Source: Patescibacteria group bacterium (lineage in GTDB: Bacteria; Patescibacteriota; Minisyncoccia; Phycocordibacterales; CAIZLB01). Taken from it: a stretch of DNA of 64,000 bases. Both the position numbers and the translations under genes were made by a program. The DNA is taken from positions 135,650 through 199,649 of the forward strand of contig JAZKJG010000001.1 of assembly GCA_040384445.1 (NCBI GenBank), written 5' to 3'. Within the stretch, counting starts at the first letter, position 1. Each line of letters starts with the position of its first letter. The notes beneath the pieces were generated by a model. The model was not told the DNA's origin and searched no databases. It saw nothing but the letters and a program-made list of their open reading frames with translations. Below are positions 40,144 to 49,959 of this stretch, one piece after another.

Positions 40144-41247
40144 TTACTTATTCTCAACTAGATGCAGAGTCATTCGTTGTTCACGAGGCTCAAACATATT
40201 GATTTTAAATGTGTAACTCTTTCCGATATCGATCTTTTCTTTCATCTTAGCTTCGTTTCCAAACTCTGAGATGTGAACTAGACCTGATACTCCTTCTTCG
40301 ATAGAGGCAAGTGCTCCGTGTCGGTTAAACTTAATGATTACACCTGTAACTTCATCATCTTTCTTGTATTTAGCTGATGCAAGTTTCCAAGGGTTATCTT
40401 TTCGAGCCTTAAGTGACATTGAAACCTTTCCATCTTTAACATCGATGATTCGTGCCTTAACAGCATCACCAACCTTAAATAGGATTCGAGGATCTTCAAC
40501 TAGACCCCAGTCAAGCTCTGAGATGTGAGCAAGTCCTTCTAACTCATCGTTTACCTTAATAAATACTCCGAAGTCCACAGTTCCTGTAACTACTCCGTCT
40601 ACATCATCTCCAACTGAATACTTAGCACTCATTTCAGCACTTTTAGCTGCGTTTCCTTTATTTCCAGCAGAATATGTTCCACCTTCAATACCTCGCTCTG
40701 AGAAAATAAGTTTTCCTTCTTTAGCGTCAGCAGTAATGATACTTAGAGAAATCTTTTGTCCGATTAGCTTTTTAAGCTCATCTTGGATTTTATCTTTGTT
40801 ACCATCTTCAACCTTAGGATAGTGCTCAGGTTTTAGTTGTGATGCAGGAAGGAATCCATGAATACCTTGCCATACAATCATAAGTCCACCCTTGTTTGCA
40901 TCTTGGATAGTTACATCAAGAACAGTCTTATCAAGAACAGCTTGTTCAGCTTCTTTCCAGATAAGTGCTTGCTTAGCTTCTTTAAGTGATAGTTCAATAT
41001 ATCCATCTACTGTATCAAAACCACATACTTTCGCAGTGATAAGATCTCCAGCATGTACCTTTCGGATGATATCTCGAGCAATCATAAACTCTTTTCCGTA
41101 GATAACTCCAGTTCCAAAAGGAGAGAGGTCTACAAAAAGTCTACTCTTGTTCAGTGTAATAACTTTTCCTTCAATATCGTCACCGATTTTTGGAGGATTA
41201 GGAATGTCTGCAAATTGTGCAAACATTATCGTATTTTCTTCATTCAT
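40144..41247 (-). CDS. rpsA: 30S ribosomal protein S1 (four S1 domains)
   Basis: NKGGL, GFLPASQL, DFGVF, EGLAHISELDW, GLVHISE. Confidence 0.92.
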   Translation of the reverse strand: MNEENTIMFAQFADIPNPPKIGDDIEGKVITLNKSRLFVDLSPFGTGVIYGKEFMIARDIIRKVHAGDLITAKVCGFDTVDGYIELSLKEAKQALIWKEAEQAVLDKTVLDVTIQDANKGGLMIVWQGIHGFLPASQLKPEHYPKVEDGNKDKIQDELKKLIGQKISLSIITADAKEGKLIFSERGIEGGTYSAGNKGNAAKSAEMSAKYSVGDDVDGVVTGTVDFGVFIKVNDELEGLAHISELDWGLVEDPRILFKVGDAVKARIIDVKDGKVSMSLKARKDNPWKLASAKYKKDDEVTGVIIKFNRHGALASIEEGVSGLVHISEFGNEAKMKEKIDIGKSYTFKINMFEPREQRMTLHLVENK

Positions 41248-41400
41248 AATAAGTTGTGTATTTTCATAAACGGCAGTTTTACATCCTATGAGAGCGATAT
41301 AAGGGTTACAAACCGTAGATGTTGTTTGTTAATGAATACCGGTTGAGTTTAACAGGAAAATGATTGAAAGGCAAGGGGATTTGGGTGTATACTGGTTAGT

Positions 41401-41754
41401 ATGATTTCATTTTCAGAAAGCGCTCCAAGAGGACCATCTAAAGAGCAAGTTGTAGCTGTACTAAAGGACATCAATACATCCCCAAAAGAAGCTCAGGAGC
41501 TGTATATGCAATGGATAGATGAAAAACAAAAGGAAATGGATGAATCTCAGAGCGAATACTCAAGACTTAAATACAATATTGATGTAGCAGAGCTATTATT
41601 TGAAGCGAATTTAATAGAGGATGCTCTGATATATTGTGAAAGTGCTTGGGAGATTGTAAGTAATGAAATTCAAGATTTAGATCCGAGTCGAATTTCAAAT
41701 GAATTGCTTGATTTATGCACAAGACTTGATATTATATCCGATGAAATTTTGTAG
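41401..41754 (+). CDS. Hypothetical acidic helical protein
   Basis: 117 aa; TATACT -10 element just upstream. Confidence 0.6.
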   Translation: MISFSESAPRGPSKEQVVAVLKDINTSPKEAQELYMQWIDEKQKEMDESQSEYSRLKYNIDVAELLFEANLIEDALIYCESAWEIVSNEIQDLDPSRISNELLDLCTRLDIISDEIL

Positions 41755-41766
41755 TATAATATTGTT

Positions 41767-42075
41767 ATGACACATGAAAGCCTAAACCCAAATCAAGAAG
41801 GAGATAAAAGAATTCATTCTTTCGAAGATATTCGAACTGTGATTCGAGAACTTCCAAAAAACAGAGAGGAATTAAATGCTTTAACAGAAGAAATTAAAGA
41901 ATTGATTAAGGATAATGAGGTTAAAGTAGAACTTGAACCAGTAGTACAGACTGTAATGTATGAAATTGAAGTAGCGAATAAAGATACTGCAAAACTAACT
42001 GACGAGCAGAGATACTTTTTAGAACAGATTAGTGGAAAACTCGAAGAATTTATTGCCCGACTAGAACAACAGTAA
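41767..42075 (+). CDS. Hypothetical acidic helical protein
   Basis: 102 aa; TATAAT 6 nt upstream; bidirectional terminator follows. Confidence 0.6.
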   Translation: MTHESLNPNQEGDKRIHSFEDIRTVIRELPKNREELNALTEEIKELIKDNEVKVELEPVVQTVMYEIEVANKDTAKLTDEQRYFLEQISGKLEEFIARLEQQ

Positions 42076-42121
42076 TAACAAAAACCCTAGTAATTAACTA
42101 GGGTTTTCATTTATGAGCGTC

Positions 42122-42394
42122 TTATTTAACGTGAACTACTTTTTTAACTTTCACTGTGTTATCAATCTGAATCTTTCTCTTAGTTCCAAAAGATACAATT
42201 CCATCTTTAAGAGCAAAAAGAGTATGATCTCGTCCTACTCCTACATTCTCTCCAGCCATGATTTTAGTGCCTCGCTGTCGAACGATGATAGCTCCTGCAC
42301 CTGCTTTTTCTCCAGCATAAAGCTTCACTCCAAGATATTTTGGCTGTGAGTCTTTAAGGTTTTTTGACGATCCCGCCGCTTTTTTTGTTGCCAT
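42122..42394 (-). CDS. rpmA: 50S ribosomal protein L27
   Basis: [20 protein letters not shown]...IIVRQRGT...GRDHTLFAL. Confidence 0.97.
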   Translation of the reverse strand: MATKKAAGSSKNLKDSQPKYLGVKLYAGEKAGAGAIIVRQRGTKIMAGENVGVGRDHTLFALKDGIVSFGTKRKIQIDNTVKVKKVVHVK

Positions 42395-42660
42395 GTGATT
42401 TTATATGGGTATTTTTTAGTTAATCTTTTGAAAATCTTTAGCACTGCTGTGATATAGATATGGACATGAGTATATATCATATACTGGAAAAAATCAACAG
42501 TGACGCGAGGGTTGTGGCCTTTAGTAAGGGTAGATCTAGGATATTTCTCGTTATTGTTGGAGTTTTAACTCTAATACAAGTATTTTTACTTCTTACGGTA
42601 TATACAAAATAATCCCCACAGCAAGCTTGTGGCTCGGTGTGGGGATGATAGGGATGGCGC

Positions 42661-43200
42661 TTATTTGGCCAGTTCGCTCAGGAATTTCGCATGTTCCTCG
42701 TCTAGCGTTTTAAGCTTTGCTTTATGTTCAGCATTCGTTTTTACTGCCGCAACATAGAACGCATGCAGGCAGGAGTTGAAGAGTTTGGTATATTCGTCTT
42801 CGTACTCAAGCCCAACCTTCATGTGATGAAGGTATATTTTTGATGACTTTTCTGATTTGATGTTTATCGTCCCTCCCGATGTGAGTGGTCCGGGGCCAAT
42901 AGGTAATTTCATGACTCGAACAGCAGATTCCTTGTCCGTAAAGATAAAGGTGAGGCTTTCGGCACCTTCTTTTTCGAAATCAAACCTCATCGAGATCGTA
43001 CCCTCTGCTGTATGGATCTCGTCCATGACGAGATTGGGTGAATCGATATTTGCAGCGTTATTGACGAAGGCTGCACTGATGATATCGCCAAACTTTTCAG
43101 CTTGGCTCACAGGATCCTTCTGATCAACAGAAGGAGTTGGCGTGGCTGCTCCGAGTGGAAAAGCGGAGATAAACATAATCATGACGAATATAGTTTTCAT
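42661..43200 (-). CDS. Orphan exported protein (solo cassette)
   Basis: Signal peptide; TTGACA(43273-78)-17-TACATT; terminator 42606-42646 with CACAA loop. Confidence 0.7.
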   Translation of the reverse strand: MKTIFVMIMFISAFPLGAATPTPSVDQKDPVSQAEKFGDIISAAFVNNAANIDSPNLVMDEIHTAEGTISMRFDFEKEGAESLTFIFTDKESAVRVMKLPIGPGPLTSGGTINIKSEKSSKIYLHHMKVGLEYEDEYTKLFNSCLHAFYVAAVKTNAEHKAKLKTLDEEHAKFLSELAK

Positions 43201-43281
43201 AAGCTACTGGAGTTTGTCTGATGCACTATGCCTCAGAACTGATATCTGAAATGTACAGTTAGTTTAGGGTGTTGTCAATAT

Positions 43282-43486
43282 AAAAAAGATCCCCTCAAGA
43301 GACAATTCCGGTGCGTGTGTGCCGATTGATTACCTTTGGCGCATCGCGGGAATGTGTTTTTTCTGTCTCTCGAGAGGATTGAGCAAAGATAGGTAATATT
43401 ACCAATGGACCTAATAGTGTATGGGACCATTAAAGCGTTAACTTCTATATCTGCTCGGTTTAGCTTCTGTTGCTTCAAATGCAACA
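43282..43486 (-). ncRNA. Candidate structured ncRNA A (about 205 nt)
   Basis: TGa-TACGAT -10 at 43492-97; three hairpins including a 16-bp stem (43289-43304/43364-43379) followed by a U tract. Confidence 0.45.
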
Positions 43487-43504
43487 TATATATCGTATCA
43501 CAAT

Positions 43505-43663
43505 AAAAAGGCCTTGGAGCAGGGGATTTCAACTCCCTGTCCAAGGTTTTGGTTTTTCGAATCAAGAGCAATCACTTGAGCAGTGCATTCGCCTGATTCT
43601 TCGTGGTTACAGGCCTGACCTACGATGCGGTTTGAAAAACATGCCTGCAGGACATGCTGACCT
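43505..43663 (-). ncRNA. Candidate structured ncRNA B (about 160 nt)
   Basis: TGa-TATACT -10 at 43670-75; several small hairpins; terminator 43505-43546; only 11-codon ATG ORFs. Confidence 0.4.
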
Positions 43664-43936
43664 AGGCACAGTATATCATATAAACAGTCCCTCAGTGATA
43701 CTTGTCTTAGTTGGAGGAGAGAATTGCTTCTAGATCCTCGAAGTTTGTTTAATGTAACCTCCCACAAATTAGCCTAAAGTTATCCCCAATCCAAAACTAG
43801 CCTTTATTTACAACGATTAAATGGTGGGAGAAAAATATACTCCTAGGCTCAAAACAGTCCCACTACTTGCATTTTATGTCAATATATGCTAATATGTGTT
43901 TGACACTGTAAGAGTGTTTATTTTATTTGTGCAACG

Positions 43937-44024
43937 CATCTATTTTTTCAGAGAGCTATCAGACGAGTTATATTCTTACGTAACACCCCTCGTTAGCTAT
44001 CCCGACACTGGTAAAAGATAGATG
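43937..44024 (+). promoter_or_regulatory. Long nested hairpin in the 5' leader of the lysozyme-like gene
   Basis: CATCTATTTTTT/AAAAGATAGATG enclosing AGCTA/TAGCT, ACGAG/CTCGT and GTTA/TAAC pairs. Confidence 0.5.
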
Positions 44025-44049
44025 AAGATTACAAGTTAGTATTAAACTT

Positions 44050-44544
44050 ATTTTACAATTCTCAACCCTCGCGTTTGCAACGCTATTATCAAGTACAGTT
44101 ATCACTTTACCTGAAACAGCAGTTCAAACCGGAACAACAACAGTAGCATCGTCTACAGTTGCGATTACTGAAACGGCAACAAGTACATTACCACTAACAA
44201 AAAAGGAAATGCGAAAGAAACTGAACTCTGGCGTAAGTTCATCTCTAAAGGAATACTTTAAGGATGCACCTATTATGGCCAAAGTTGCGTTTTGTGAATC
44301 GACTCATACTCAATTCGTCGCACCTGGTGTAGTTCATCGTGGAGTTGTCAACAGTAAAGACGTTGGGATCTTCCAGATTAATGAGCGATACCACTTGAAC
44401 ACTTCTAAAAAAATGGGTATTGATATCTATTCAATAGAAGGAAACATGGAATATGCCCGTCACTTATATGAGACACAAGGGCTACAGCCATGGTCAGCTT
44501 CAAAACCTTGTTGGGGTAAACATCTTACGTTGGCTTCTCGGTAA
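44050..44544 (+). CDS. Exported lysozyme-like / lytic transglycosylase-fold protein, probable ATT start
   Basis: CES, D.GIFQIN, GNMEYA..LY...G..PW motifs; frame open from 44026 with signal-like and Thr-rich segment upstream of ATG 44209. Confidence 0.7.
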   Translation: MLQFSTLAFATLLSSTVITLPETAVQTGTTTVASSTVAITETATSTLPLTKKEMRKKLNSGVSSSLKEYFKDAPIMAKVAFCESTHTQFVAPGVVHRGVVNSKDVGIFQINERYHLNTSKKMGIDIYSIEGNMEYARHLYETQGLQPWSASKPCWGKHLTLASR

Positions 44545-44593
44545 TATTTAAATCAAAAAACACCTACTCATCTGAGTAGGTGTTTTTTGTGTT

Positions 44594-45445
44594 TTATAGC
44601 GGATGATACTTCACATATTCACTCCAATCTACTTCATTCTTTCCCTCAGGAGTAACTCGATCAATCACGTACCTTTCATCCATAAAACTCATTTTCTTAA
44701 TCTTCACACGTTTTCCGTTATGCATAAAATACACTCCAGGCCACTCATGATACGCACAATATTTTAAATACACACTCTCTAAACTGTCATTTACAATATC
44801 AACCTCTCCATCTTTTTTCTCAATCATAGACGTATATGTGGCAGCGTCATGATCTTGTTCTGTAAGCTCAATCACACCTTCTACATATTTAGGTAAAATC
44901 TCTATAAGTAATTCAGCTGATCGAAATGCCATAAAATCAGACAACTCCTTTGTCGTTAATGGCCAGTTTGGAACAGTAACATTTTCCTGAACAATAAGTG
45001 GTCCATGGTCCATAAGTGCGTCTATTTTTATAATACTAATTCCAGTTTCTGGATTATTTGAAAGTATTGTAGCCTGAAGTGGGGCAGGGCCTCGATGCTT
45101 AGGAAGTAAAGAGGGGTGGATATTTAAAAAACCTACTGGAGATAAATCAAGTAATGCTTGAGGTAAAATCTTTCCATAGTCTGCAACAATACAAACCTCT
45201 ACTGAATCTATGATGCCCTTAAGAATATCAAGAGACTCCACGGTTTTTAACGTGACTGGTTGAATTGTTTTTATACCATGAAGGTCTGCAAGTATTTTAA
45301 CAGGAGGTGGAGTTATGATTTGATGTCGTCCAACAGGTTTATCAGGTGCTGTAACGATAAAATCAGGAGCACTACCACGCTCTATAAGCGTCTTGAGAAC
45401 ATGCTCAGCAAAATGACCGGTTCCGAAAAATACAAAAGATGTCAT
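44594..45445 (-). CDS. fmt: Methionyl-tRNA formyltransferase
   Basis: FFGT..FA, PDKPVGR, VADYGKILP, NIHPSLLP..RG.AP, MDHGP. Confidence 0.95.
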   Translation of the reverse strand: MTSFVFFGTGHFAEHVLKTLIERGSAPDFIVTAPDKPVGRHQIITPPPVKILADLHGIKTIQPVTLKTVESLDILKGIIDSVEVCIVADYGKILPQALLDLSPVGFLNIHPSLLPKHRGPAPLQATILSNNPETGISIIKIDALMDHGPLIVQENVTVPNWPLTTKELSDFMAFRSAELLIEILPKYVEGVIELTEQDHDAATYTSMIEKKDGEVDIVNDSLESVYLKYCAYHEWPGVYFMHNGKRVKIKKMSFMDERYVIDRVTPEGKNEVDWSEYVKYHPL

Positions 45446-45512
45446 GTATCGAGTATATCATAATTGACAAGAGAGATCGTTCTGGATTACTCTGTAGTAC
45501 AGAGCACCTTAT

Positions 45513-45971
45513 ATGAAAGATTATTCCTACTTTCCAGGAATGCTCCTCACGTCGGCATTGATTTTTGGTTCTATTAGTTTAAACCCTCTCCTTAAGAAGA
45601 AAGAAGAAAAGGTGGAGGAGGTGCCAGTAGTAATCCAAGATACACGGAAGATTTCACACTGGGAATGCTGGCTCGATGGTACGTACACAAAAATCTCTAT
45701 CACAAGAGGATACTCATTCACTGCTGTCTTACACACAAATATGCATGGGGAAATTACCCTGTATGGTAGCGAGAAGGTGGATCATGCAAATGAAATTGTT
45801 GAACTGTTTGGCTCTGTAGGTAACTCAGAAAACGTTGCAATCGGAACATTTTCTGCCAAACAAGCAACTCTAATTGGACAAACTCAATTGCCTGAAAAAA
45901 CTCTTCTTGGAGAGATCGATATGGTTACAGGTAACAGATCATACACCATTATCATTTCTCCACTACCATAA
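45513..45971 (+). CDS. Orphan membrane-anchored protein (solo cassette) between def and fmt
   Basis: TTGACA at 45464; N-terminal TM; terminator 45977-46010; antisense to flanking genes. Confidence 0.65.
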   Translation: MKDYSYFPGMLLTSALIFGSISLNPLLKKKEEKVEEVPVVIQDTRKISHWECWLDGTYTKISITRGYSFTAVLHTNMHGEITLYGSEKVDHANEIVELFGSVGNSENVAIGTFSAKQATLIGQTQLPEKTLLGEIDMVTGNRSYTIIISPLP

Positions 45972-46008
45972 AACGAACGCGCCAGACTCATCATCTCGCG
46001 CGTGTTTT

Positions 46009-46551
46009 TTATTCTTCTTTTTTAGTTCCCACTATCGGCTCAGGTTCCAACCATTCAACATCAATTGCTTTGTCTATAAATAGATGTCCATCAAGATGAT
46101 CACATTCATGTTGAAAAATATGTGAAAGAATTCCACCTGCACCACGAACTTGTTTTTTACCAAATTCATCTGTAAATTCAAGTGACACGTGAGTCGATCG
46201 AAGCACTTTTCCGTAATACCACCGTACAGATAAACAACCTTCACCAGGTAACCATTTTTTAGTTTTTGAAGCTTTAATTATTTTCGGATTAATACATACC
46301 AAATCAGTTGTAGGCATTGTTCCGTCTTTTTTATTTCTCGGAAGAACACGTTTAGACACGATAAATATTTTAGCACTTGACCCAACTTGTGGAGCAGCAA
46401 GTCCAACTCCATCATGAATTGCGTCAAGAGTTTCTTTCATGTCTGCAATCAATGTTTGAATTTTTGCACCTGAAATATCTACTTCTGCAACTTCTTTTGC
46501 AGGAGTTTCTAGAATTGGGTCACCTTTTTCGACAATGTCGAGTTTTGCCAT
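46009..46551 (-). CDS. def: Peptide deformylase
   Basis: GVGLAAPQVG, EGCLS, QHECDHLDG. Confidence 0.97.
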   Translation of the reverse strand: MAKLDIVEKGDPILETPAKEVAEVDISGAKIQTLIADMKETLDAIHDGVGLAAPQVGSSAKIFIVSKRVLPRNKKDGTMPTTDLVCINPKIIKASKTKKWLPGEGCLSVRWYYGKVLRSTHVSLEFTDEFGKKQVRGAGGILSHIFQHECDHLDGHLFIDKAIDVEWLEPEPIVGTKKEE

Positions 46552-46565
46552 ATAGCTCGATAGTA

Positions 46566-48362
46566 CTACATGAGACTAGGACTATCAACCTCGATATGTA
46601 TATATTCAGGTACTGATTTTAAATACCTATATAGCGGATCAAGTGGCCAGTCACTCGTATGAATATGAAGCGTGTTATCTGTTGCGTCTACATGCATGTA
46701 TTTTTGAAGAAATGTGCGTACGGTCGCATAGTCCTTCTTATTAGAAATCTGAATTTGTACGTGGGTTTTGAATGGCGGCAAACCAAGTGTTTTTGTATCA
46801 TTTCTAATCTGCATAAGAAGAGTACTCCATGTTTTTTCTTGTACACTTTTCCAAACCACATGCTCAATGTGGCGAGTCTGAATCACAAGAGTATGTAGAG
46901 TTTTTTCTCGCATGGCTTCAATCACTCGAATTGCCTCAAGTTCAGCAATTCTAGTCGGTAAGGCAAGTAGCGTTTCAAGTGATGCAATTCCGGTGTACGT
47001 AAATTTTTCTTGCACACCCTGATGAAGCGCAAGTTCTGTTCCGATATATATTGTGGGTACATGATCCTTATCTTTTCTTTTTTTGAAAATAGTCCTCGCT
47101 CCAGCTTGTGTCATATGGTCTCCATCTACAATCACAACAGGCATTGCAATAATTCCTTCAAGTTCTTCTCGTAACGCATCGGTTGCAGACCCAAGCAGTT
47201 GCAAATGAGGATTACCACATATGGGGCAAGGAGTATCAGTAGGCGGTGGTGTGTGACCTTGAGGACACACAAAAGTTCGTGCCCCTTTCACATCTTTTAA
47301 ACTAAAAGGTTTTTTACAGATCGTACATGCTAATACATGTCCACAGTCGGAGCAAGTAACAGAAGTACTTAATCCTTTCCTTGTTGTGTATATAAATACA
47401 TCGTCCTTGGTTTTTTCAGCGTGCGCAATGAGTGAATACAGCTCAGGAGAAAGTAGTTTTAATTTTTTATGAGACACCACATCAATTTGTTGCTCCATAA
47501 TAACGCGAATATCTGCCTCATCTTCTGGTTTAGGTACAACATTTTTCTTTGATACTTTTGCACCACCTGAAACTGATTGGTCCACTACATATATTTGTGG
47601 AGTGTTTGAAAATGGAGATGTAATATCTTGTATTTCAACATGAGTATATAGCGGTAACACACTATCCATTTCCACTAGTTGCACATTTCGTAACTCGCAG
47701 TAGTGTCGCACGGTTACTCGAACGTCAAATTTCTTTCTCAGGTGTCTATAATATTCAGACCCTACAAAGGCAAGAATGCATACATCGACTTTTAATACAT
47801 CAAGTTTGTACAGGTCTATTGGGGTAATAATTGTTACTTTTTCAGTAGCGAGAGATTGAGAAATATGTTTCTTGTATGAGTCTGTAGGCACAACAATCAC
47901 AATATCTGTATCAATCTTTAGTAGTTCTTCTGCATACTGTATTTGCTCTCCAAACTCTTTTTGCACATAGATTGGTATATGTTTTTCCTTTGAAACAGGT
48001 AAACGATTGGGTGTACTCTGTTCAGAAAGCTCTTCCAGAACACTTTTAGGGATATATTCAGATAAAATCTCTCCAAATGATCGTATAAAATATTTTGACG
48101 TATATATACAACTTTTAATGAATTCATTACTAAAAAAATCAATCTTTTCATACTCTTCAATTTTCTTAATTTTAAAATCACTCGATTTAATAAATTCTTT
48201 TGCTTCACTCAAAGAAAGAACAGAACTTACGATTGCATAAATTTTTCGTTTATTGAGTGTAACAACAATTAAATCGCCAATAGAAAAAGTGTGTGGGGTC
48301 CAATATGTTAATTCCTCACTAAATGTATGCTTGAGAATAGGGAGTACCTGAATACATTTCAT
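46566..48362 (-). CDS. priA: Primosomal protein N' (PriA), degenerate helicase motifs
   Basis: N-terminal LTY...GDLIVVTL; RKG...CSDCG...CTIC...CPICG zinc region; VIQT, LPPF; no clear Walker A. Confidence 0.75.
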   Translation of the reverse strand: MKCIQVLPILKHTFSEELTYWTPHTFSIGDLIVVTLNKRKIYAIVSSVLSLSEAKEFIKSSDFKIKKIEEYEKIDFFSNEFIKSCIYTSKYFIRSFGEILSEYIPKSVLEELSEQSTPNRLPVSKEKHIPIYVQKEFGEQIQYAEELLKIDTDIVIVVPTDSYKKHISQSLATEKVTIITPIDLYKLDVLKVDVCILAFVGSEYYRHLRKKFDVRVTVRHYCELRNVQLVEMDSVLPLYTHVEIQDITSPFSNTPQIYVVDQSVSGGAKVSKKNVVPKPEDEADIRVIMEQQIDVVSHKKLKLLSPELYSLIAHAEKTKDDVFIYTTRKGLSTSVTCSDCGHVLACTICKKPFSLKDVKGARTFVCPQGHTPPPTDTPCPICGNPHLQLLGSATDALREELEGIIAMPVVIVDGDHMTQAGARTIFKKRKDKDHVPTIYIGTELALHQGVQEKFTYTGIASLETLLALPTRIAELEAIRVIEAMREKTLHTLVIQTRHIEHVVWKSVQEKTWSTLLMQIRNDTKTLGLPPFKTHVQIQISNKKDYATVRTFLQKYMHVDATDNTLHIHTSDWPLDPLYRYLKSVPEYIHIEVDSPSLM

Positions 48363-48399
48363 GGATTTACTATACACAATATAGTATGATACGTATAGT

Positions 48400-49953
48400 A
48401 TGCATGTATCAAACGACAAGAAAGATTTAGAATTGTATAGTACAGATTCAAGTATTTTTAAATGTACTCCGAAAGAAATTGTCTATCCAAGAAACGTACA
48501 AGATATTCAAGAACTTGTACGGATCACTACAAAAAATAAAGAACATATTTCTGTTCGAGCAGGAGGAACATGCATGAGTGGGGGATCACTTACTACGGGA
48601 ACACTCATAGATATGAAAAGATTTATGAACAGTGTTGAAATTTTACCGTATAGTAAAAGCGCAACAGTGCAGATGGGGGCATATTATCGAGATATTGAAG
48701 CAAAAGCAAAAATACACAACATCATGTTTGCACCGTATACATCATCAAAAGATGTGTGCGGAATAGGGGGGATGATCGGAAATAACGCATCTGGAGAAAA
48801 AAGTATTCGTCACGGGGCAACGGTAGATAATGTTCACAGTGTTACCGTTGTTCTTCATGATGGAGAAGTGTATACATTTGAAGAAATAAGTGAAGAAAAA
48901 TGCTTAGAGATTGCTAAGAAAAAAACAGTGCTTGGAGGAATTTATAGAAATGTCCGTGAACTCTATCAAACATATGGACTTCTATATGGAAAAAGAGTGG
49001 GAAATGTAAAGAAAGCTGCATCAGGATATCGACTTGAACATGTTTACAATATGAAAACTCGGACTTGGAATCTTGCAAAACTTTTCATAGGTTCACAAGG
49101 AACATTGGGAATTATTACGGAAGCGAAATTAAAACTTGTTCCAGTACCCCTATATACTCGAACAATTGCAATTCCTGTTGATGAATTATCAAGACTTCCA
49201 GGAATTTTGCAGACAGTAATGAAATACAATCCCGAAGGAGTTGAGACATTTGATGTTCATACGTGGCAACATGCAAAACAATTCATGCCTGATGAGACGT
49301 TACGAATCAGTGATTATTTCGCTCACGGCGAGACCCTCATAGTTCTTGCACAATTTAGTGAAGCAACACAAACAGCAACTGACACAACAGCTCATGGGTG
49401 TGTTCAGGCCTTACAAACTTTTGCACCTAGAACTTCATACATTGCAGATACAGAAATGGTTCAAAGTTTATGGGCAGTTCGGCGATCTGCATACAAAGTA
49501 TTACGTGACGCATTATATGACACACCACTTAAGCGAGCGGTACCATGTATAGAAGATATTATCGTTCCAGTTTCAAAATATGATGTCTTTATTCCAAAGC
49601 TCATAGATATCCTTACTCGTTTAAATGTTGAATACGGATTTCACGGTCATATTGGAGATGGAGCACTTCGTGTAATTCCTATCGTAGACTTTACAGACAA
49701 AGATACTGCAATAGAAATTATTAACGAAATGTGTATTGAAGTTTTTGCGTTGGTCAAAGAATTAGAAGGGAACACGAGTGCAGATCATGGTGATGGAATT
49801 ATTCGTACTCCCTTTTTACGAGAATTTTATGGAGATATTTTGTATGAACAGGTGATTTTGGGAATCAAAGAAATTTTTGACCCACATAATATTTTTAATA
49901 ATGATAAAAAAGTTTCAATCAAAGTGAGTGATTGGAAAAATATGTTAAAATAA
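48400..49953 (+). CDS. FAD-linked oxidoreductase (GlcD/D-lactate dehydrogenase-like)
   Basis: RAGGT, IGGMIGNNASG, GSQGTLGII, GHIGDG, ADHGDG, FDPHNIFN. Confidence 0.88.
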   Translation: MHVSNDKKDLELYSTDSSIFKCTPKEIVYPRNVQDIQELVRITTKNKEHISVRAGGTCMSGGSLTTGTLIDMKRFMNSVEILPYSKSATVQMGAYYRDIEAKAKIHNIMFAPYTSSKDVCGIGGMIGNNASGEKSIRHGATVDNVHSVTVVLHDGEVYTFEEISEEKCLEIAKKKTVLGGIYRNVRELYQTYGLLYGKRVGNVKKAASGYRLEHVYNMKTRTWNLAKLFIGSQGTLGIITEAKLKLVPVPLYTRTIAIPVDELSRLPGILQTVMKYNPEGVETFDVHTWQHAKQFMPDETLRISDYFAHGETLIVLAQFSEATQTATDTTAHGCVQALQTFAPRTSYIADTEMVQSLWAVRRSAYKVLRDALYDTPLKRAVPCIEDIIVPVSKYDVFIPKLIDILTRLNVEYGFHGHIGDGALRVIPIVDFTDKDTAIEIINEMCIEVFALVKELEGNTSADHGDGIIRTPFLREFYGDILYEQVILGIKEIFDPHNIFNNDKKVSIKVSDWKNMLK

Positions 49954-49959
49954 ATTTTT

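Noticed and set aside
43282-43735. tmRNA, RNase P RNA or SRP RNA
   Set aside because: No tRNA-like ends, no GAGGAAAGTCC motif and no SRP domain IV consensus recognised; kept only as unknown ncRNA candidates.
43275-43767. ORF-track ORFs 43275-43571, 43470-43733 and 43498-43767 as real proteins
   Set aside because: They overlap each other, cross promoters and terminator hairpins, and show no recognisable protein features.
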